Assembly: GCA_945860685.1 (NCBI GenBank)
Contig: CAMASJ010000001.1
Coordinates: forward strand, 1-60,925
Direction: 5' to 3'
Source: Akkermansia muciniphila
Lineage (GTDB): Bacteria; Verrucomicrobiota; Verrucomicrobiia; Limisphaerales; UBA9464
Length of the DNA: 60,925 nt
The position numbers were made by a program, and so were the translations under genes. Of this stretch, positions 57,147 through 60,925 are shown in pieces. Numbering within the stretch: position 1 is the first letter of the stretch; each line of letters opens with the position of its first letter. Under the pieces are notes generated by a model that was not told the DNA's origin, searched no databases, and saw only the letters and a program-made list of their open reading frames with translations.

Positions 57147-58652
57147 TCAGCGCCCACGGACCCACCGCCACATCTGCGAGATGGAGGCCGGCTGGCCCGT
57201 TCGCAGGACGGCGGCACGGAAGATCCGGCCACAGGCCCAGATCGCCAGGACGTCGCAGGCGACCAGCAGGACCAACGTGCCCAGCACGTCCCGCAACGGC
57301 GGCCCGGCCGTGACGCGGTTCATCATAACGAACGGCGTGTAGGGCGGAATCCACGACAGGAAGGTCGCGATCGGTCCGTTCGGGTCGCGCGGGATGAAAG
57401 TCATTGCCACCAACGGGACCATCATCAGCAGGACGATCACGCCCATGTAGTTCTGAGCCTCCTTGATCGTGTTGCAGGTGCTGCCGATGGCGAGGATCAC
57501 CGCCGAATAGAGGACGTAGCCGAGCAGGAAATAGAGGCCGAACGCCGGCAGGATCCAGGAGTCGCCCAACAGGGTCATCAATTCCATCGGAAGCCCGCTG
57601 GCCCCACCCGATGCGGCACCGGAGGCGGCCGCGGATCCCGCCATCCAGAAACCGACCAGAAACAGCGTCCCGATCCACGAACCGACCATCACCAGGCCCA
57701 CAGCCGCGATCCCCACAAGCTTGCCCGCCATCAACTCGACCGGGGTCACCGACGACAGAAGCACCTCGATGATGCGGTTCGATTTCTCCTCGATGACCGA
57801 GTTCAGGAGCATCTGGGCGATGCTGAACACCGCCACCCACAGGAGGTAGACGAAGGCGCTCGGCGCCCATTGGCGAAGGAGATCCGCGATCCCGACCCGC
57901 TCCTCACCTGCCGCCTTGCGCGGACTCAGGTTCACCACCTCGGCCCGCGCGTTCTCCACCCGCGAAACCACCTTGGGATCTATGCCCAACCGCACGTACT
58001 CGCGAAGCCGGAAGTCCGCGGAGAGAGCGTTGTCGATCTTCTCCCGCAGGGCCGTGTCCGCCTGGTTTTCCGACCAGAACCTCAAGACCGGTGCGGCGTT
58101 GCTCGTCTTTCCCTCCAGGATCAACGCGGCCGCGAACAGCGAAACCGGGACCTTGGCATCAACCGGAACGTAGGAACGCCCCTCCCTCAACCAAGAGCGG
58201 AGCTCGCCCTCCAAGGCGTTGAGATCGCCGTCGATCGTGATGCCGGGTGGCGGTTCCACCCTCCGGAACCTGGGACTCGGGGATTCGAAGCTCCCGACGT
58301 TGGTCCGGAGCATCGGGCCCACCTCTCCCAAGGCCTGCCCGAGGTCGAACTCCCCCTTGGCCAGAGGGAGGGACCCTCCCGGCACCAACCGCGCCGAAGC
58401 CCACTCGCGGAACGCCTCGCCCTGTCGACGCTGTTCGTCGCGTTCCAGCGCGGCCTCGACCACCGCGGCCATCCGGCCCGTCCGGTCCACGAGGACGAAG
58501 TTGCGCGTCGGGGTCCCCTTCTTGGCGAGGAAGGCCGGCACCTGTGCGCCGATGATCCAGATCATCGGGAAGAGCAGGATGCCGAACCAGAAGCCTCGCG
58601 TCTTGGCGTTCTCCGCGAACTCCCGCCATGCGATGAGCAGGGCGTTCCTCAT
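57147..58652 (-). CDS. ABC-2 type transporter permease (NatB-like)
   Basis: 501 aa. N-terminal TM helix, a ~230-aa extracytoplasmic domain, then 5 TM helices (ABC2_membrane_3-like). The start overlaps the stop of the ATPase gene (ATGA at 58649-58652). Confidence 0.8.
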   Translation of the reverse strand: MRNALLIAWREFAENAKTRGFWFGILLFPMIWIIGAQVPAFLAKKGTPTRNFVLVDRTGRMAAVVEAALERDEQRRQGEAFREWASARLVPGGSLPLAKGEFDLGQALGEVGPMLRTNVGSFESPSPRFRRVEPPPGITIDGDLNALEGELRSWLREGRSYVPVDAKVPVSLFAAALILEGKTSNAAPVLRFWSENQADTALREKIDNALSADFRLREYVRLGIDPKVVSRVENARAEVVNLSPRKAAGEERVGIADLLRQWAPSAFVYLLWVAVFSIAQMLLNSVIEEKSNRIIEVLLSSVTPVELMAGKLVGIAAVGLVMVGSWIGTLFLVGFWMAGSAAASGAASGGASGLPMELMTLLGDSWILPAFGLYFLLGYVLYSAVILAIGSTCNTIKEAQNYMGVIVLLMMVPLVAMTFIPRDPNGPIATFLSWIPPYTPFVMMNRVTAGPPLRDVLGTLVLLVACDVLAIWACGRIFRAAVLRTGQPASISQMWRWVRGR

Positions 58653-59659
58653 CGGTAACTGGCCTCCCTCGCCGCGGGGCCCACCAACCGGACGAAGGCG
58701 TCATGCAGGGTCGCCTCCGACGCGCTGAAATGGCTCAGCCGGACCTGGTTCGTGAAACAAGCCTCCAAAACCGCCTGGGGATCCGCCCCTTCCTCCAGCT
58801 CGAATTCCCAACGGCCGTCCCCCAACGAACGCAACTCCCGCAACATGGGGAGATCCTGAAGCGGCTCCAGGCTGTCCCGGGTGCGGATCCGCACCTTGGC
58901 GGGGACCACCCGACGCGCTTCCGCAAGGGTGCCGTCGAACAGCGATCGCCCTCCCGAGATGATGACCACCCGGTCGCACAGGCGTTCGGCATGCGCCATC
59001 ACATGGGTCGATAGCAACACGGTCCGTCCGCGTTCCTTCAGGTCGCGCACGATCTCCTCCAGGACTCCTTGGTTCACCGGGTCCAATCCCGAGAACGGTT
59101 CATCCAGGATCACCAAATCGGGGTCGTGGGCTATTGAGGCCAGGACCTGGACCTTCTGTCCCATACCCTTGGAGAGCGCCTCTGTCTTGACGTCGGCGAA
59201 GAGCCCCAACCCGTGGCGATCCAGCAATTCGCGCGCGCGCAGGTCGGCCTGCCGCCGCGACATGCCCTTCAAGGTCGCGAAATAGGCGATCACGGCGGAC
59301 GCCTTCATCTTGCGGTAAAGCCCCTTCTCCTCGGGCAGATATCCGACCCTCTCCCGCACCGACATGGCGGAACCATGGCCCAGCACCGAGACCCGTCCCG
59401 AAGTGGGCTCCACCACGCCGAGGATCATGCGTAGCGTCGTGGTCTTGCCCGCTCCGTTGGGACCGAGGACGCCGTAGATGCAGCCCTGCGGGACCGAAAG
59501 CGACAGCCCATCGACGGCACGGAAATCTCCATACCGCTTACTGACGGACTCCAATTCCACTGCGGGTGCCACTCCGGCGAAGATCCACGGGCGTCGGTGA
59601 TTTGCAAAGGAAGGGAATCGCAAGCGCCCGGTCCTGCACCTTTGCCGGGGGGGATCCAT
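58649..59659 (-). CDS. ABC transporter ATP-binding protein (NatA-like)
   Basis: [67 protein letters not shown]. The start is uncertain: ATG 59659, or GTG 59582 / GTG 59570, which would give the usual short N-terminus. Confidence 0.88.
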   Translation of the reverse strand: MDPPRQRCRTGRLRFPSFANHRRPWIFAGVAPAVELESVSKRYGDFRAVDGLSLSVPQGCIYGVLGPNGAGKTTTLRMILGVVEPTSGRVSVLGHGSAMSVRERVGYLPEEKGLYRKMKASAVIAYFATLKGMSRRQADLRARELLDRHGLGLFADVKTEALSKGMGQKVQVLASIAHDPDLVILDEPFSGLDPVNQGVLEEIVRDLKERGRTVLLSTHVMAHAERLCDRVVIISGGRSLFDGTLAEARRVVPAKVRIRTRDSLEPLQDLPMLRELRSLGDGRWEFELEEGADPQAVLEACFTNQVRLSHFSASEATLHDAFVRLVGPAAREASYR

Positions 59660-59724
59660 GGCGGCCAAACAGGCTGCCGACCGGACGGGATCGTCGACGC
59701 CAGCACCCAAGCCGCCCGCACCGG

Positions 59725-60925
59725 TCAGGGTATGGGGAGTTTCAAGGAATCGCCCGCAAGCCATTCGGCGAAGCCCCAAAGCCTGGCGTCTTGGCCATGC
59801 GGCGCCATGACCTGGAAACCGATCCCCGGGAGACCGTCCTCCAACCAGGGCACAGTCAGCACCGGCAGGCCACCCAAACTGGCGGGTGCAGTCAGCCTCA
59901 AAAGCCGCGGACGGGTCGCAGTGTGGTCCGCACCGGCCTTCAACTCACGCATGGCAGAGGCCGGCGCCAGGAGCAGGTCGACATCCCGGAAGAGCGCCTG
60001 CAGGCCCCGGGCGAATTCCGCCTTCTCCCCCAACAGATCGGCATGGCGCGACCCACCCACGCCCCGGCCCATCTCCAGCCGGGCGAGGATCCCGGGATCG
60101 TAGGCGCCGGAATGGCTGGGAAGGTACCTCGCATGGATCGAATGGGCTTCGTGGGCCTGGATCGGCACGAAAAGCTCCACGGCCTTCTCCCAGCCGGTGG
60201 CCGGGACCTCGACGACCTCGGCCCCCGCCCGACGCAGCGAGTCGGAGAAGCGCCCGAGCGCCTCGAGGATTCCCGGTTCCGCAGGCGCCAGCCAATCACC
60301 GGCCATCACCGCCACCTTGGGCGGCCGGGAGAGGGGCGGCACTTCCACTTCCGGATGCCGGGCCCTCGCCACGAAGGCGACATCCCCCAGCGACCGCTGC
60401 AACCACCCGACGGTGTCGAAGGAATGCGCCAGCGGGAAGCTGCCGCTCCAGTCCGCGAAACCGAGGCTGGCCCGATACGACACCAGCCCACACAGCGCCG
60501 CAGGCACCCGCAGCGAACCGCCCGTGTCGGTTCCCAACGCGATCGCGGCCGCTCCCATGAGGACGCTCGCGGCGGCCCCGGAACTGGAGCCACCGGTCAA
60601 CCGGCCGGGATGCTCTGGCTGGGTGCAGTCGCCGAAGCAGCGGTTCTCGCCGGTGATGCCGTACGCGAACTCGTTCAACACGGTCTTGCCCAAGATCACG
60701 GTTCCCGCGGCCCGCCATCGGCCCACGTAGCCGGAGTCCGCATCCGGCACCGGCCGGGTTCCGGCGTAGAACGGGGAACCACACGTCGTCGGAAGCCCCG
60801 CCACGTCGAACAGGTCCTTCACCGAGATGGGCAGACCCCAGAGCGGTCCGCCGGGCGGTCCCTGCCTCAGCGCCTCCGACCTGGCCCGTGCCCCGGTCTC
60901 GTCCAGCCACACGAAGGCTCGGCTT
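59725..60925 (-). CDS. Amidase-signature family enzyme (GatA-like amidase); 5' end lies outside the window
   Basis: GLPISVKDLFDVAGLPTTCGS, GGSSSGAAASV (the GGSS(G/S)G signature), GTDTGGSLRVPAALCG. The frame stays open to the right window edge, and the conserved motifs sit too close to the track's GTG at 60912 for a full-length amidase. Confidence 0.85.
   Translation of the reverse strand, partial: SRAFVWLDETGARARSEALRQGPPGGPLWGLPISVKDLFDVAGLPTTCGSPFYAGTRPVPDADSGYVGRWRAAGTVILGKTVLNEFAYGITGENRCFGDCTQPEHPGRLTGGSSSGAAASVLMGAAAIALGTDTGGSLRVPAALCGLVSYRASLGFADWSGSFPLAHSFDTVGWLQRSLGDVAFVARARHPEVEVPPLSRPPKVAVMAGDWLAPAEPGILEALGRFSDSLRRAGAEVVEVPATGWEKAVELFVPIQAHEAHSIHARYLPSHSGAYDPGILARLEMGRGVGGSRHADLLGEKAEFARGLQALFRDVDLLLAPASAMRELKAGADHTATRPRLLRLTAPASLGGLPVLTVPWLEDGLPGIGFQVMAPHGQDARLWGFAEWLAGDSLKLPIP

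Noticed and set aside
59647-59653. G7 (C7 on the coding strand) tract just after the ATG 59659 candidate start of the NatA-like ATPase
   Set aside because: The ATPase most likely starts downstream (GTG 59582 or 59570), so the tract is probably in the 5' untranslated region. There is no frame disruption to explain.

Overview
High-GC bacterial chromosomal segment. Single 60-nt lines hand-counted in the flanks give about 68% GC. Coding is dense, with about 50 CDS. I recognised no rRNA, tRNA, CRISPR array, transposase or integrase. PEP-CTERM-tagged proteins, a Cys-type sulfatase and a fused membrane/spermidine-synthase-like giant protein suggest a Verrucomicrobiota/Planctomycetota-like organism, but that is inference only. 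Left to right: (1) A long minus-strand array with overlapping stop/start codons: CPBP protease, NUDIX, a 1051-aa fused membrane/spermidine-synthase-like/TPR protein, a LivK-like binding protein, livHMGF, and a truncated PQQ-type sugar dehydrogenase. (2) Two tandem paralogous trypsin-like proteases with PEP-CTERM anchors, then ribBA, a fold-III PLP decarboxylase, a PaaK-like adenylate-forming enzyme, an MFS transporter and a DapA/NanA-family lyase. (3) A visibly AT-richer ~4.9 kb island (about 48-50% GC in hand-counted lines). It carries an AraC regulator divergent from a sulfatase / DJ-1-PfpI / lipoprotein operon and is bracketed by an imperfect ~40-50 bp direct repeat. To its right lies ~0.8 kb with no credible ORF and a ribbon-helix-helix-like gene broken at a C7 tract. 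(4) Housekeeping genes: two-subunit 2-oxoacid:ferredoxin oxidoreductase, class II ribonucleotide reductase nrdJ, HemN-like radical SAM + moaC, clpXP, mutL, a MacAB-like efflux set, mutM, maf, pgk and a NatAB-like ABC pair. (5) Signalling genes: a cNMP-binding histidine kinase, and a CHASE2 adenylate/guanylate cyclase next to a FecR-like protein. The observations most worth a second look are the repeat-flanked low-GC island with its membrane-anchored sulfatase/DJ-1 operon, the frameshifted RHH gene in a gene-poor stretch, and the duplicated PEP-CTERM proteases next to a PLP-decarboxylase/adenylating-enzyme pair. All functional calls rest on motif recognition by eye; no database search was possible.
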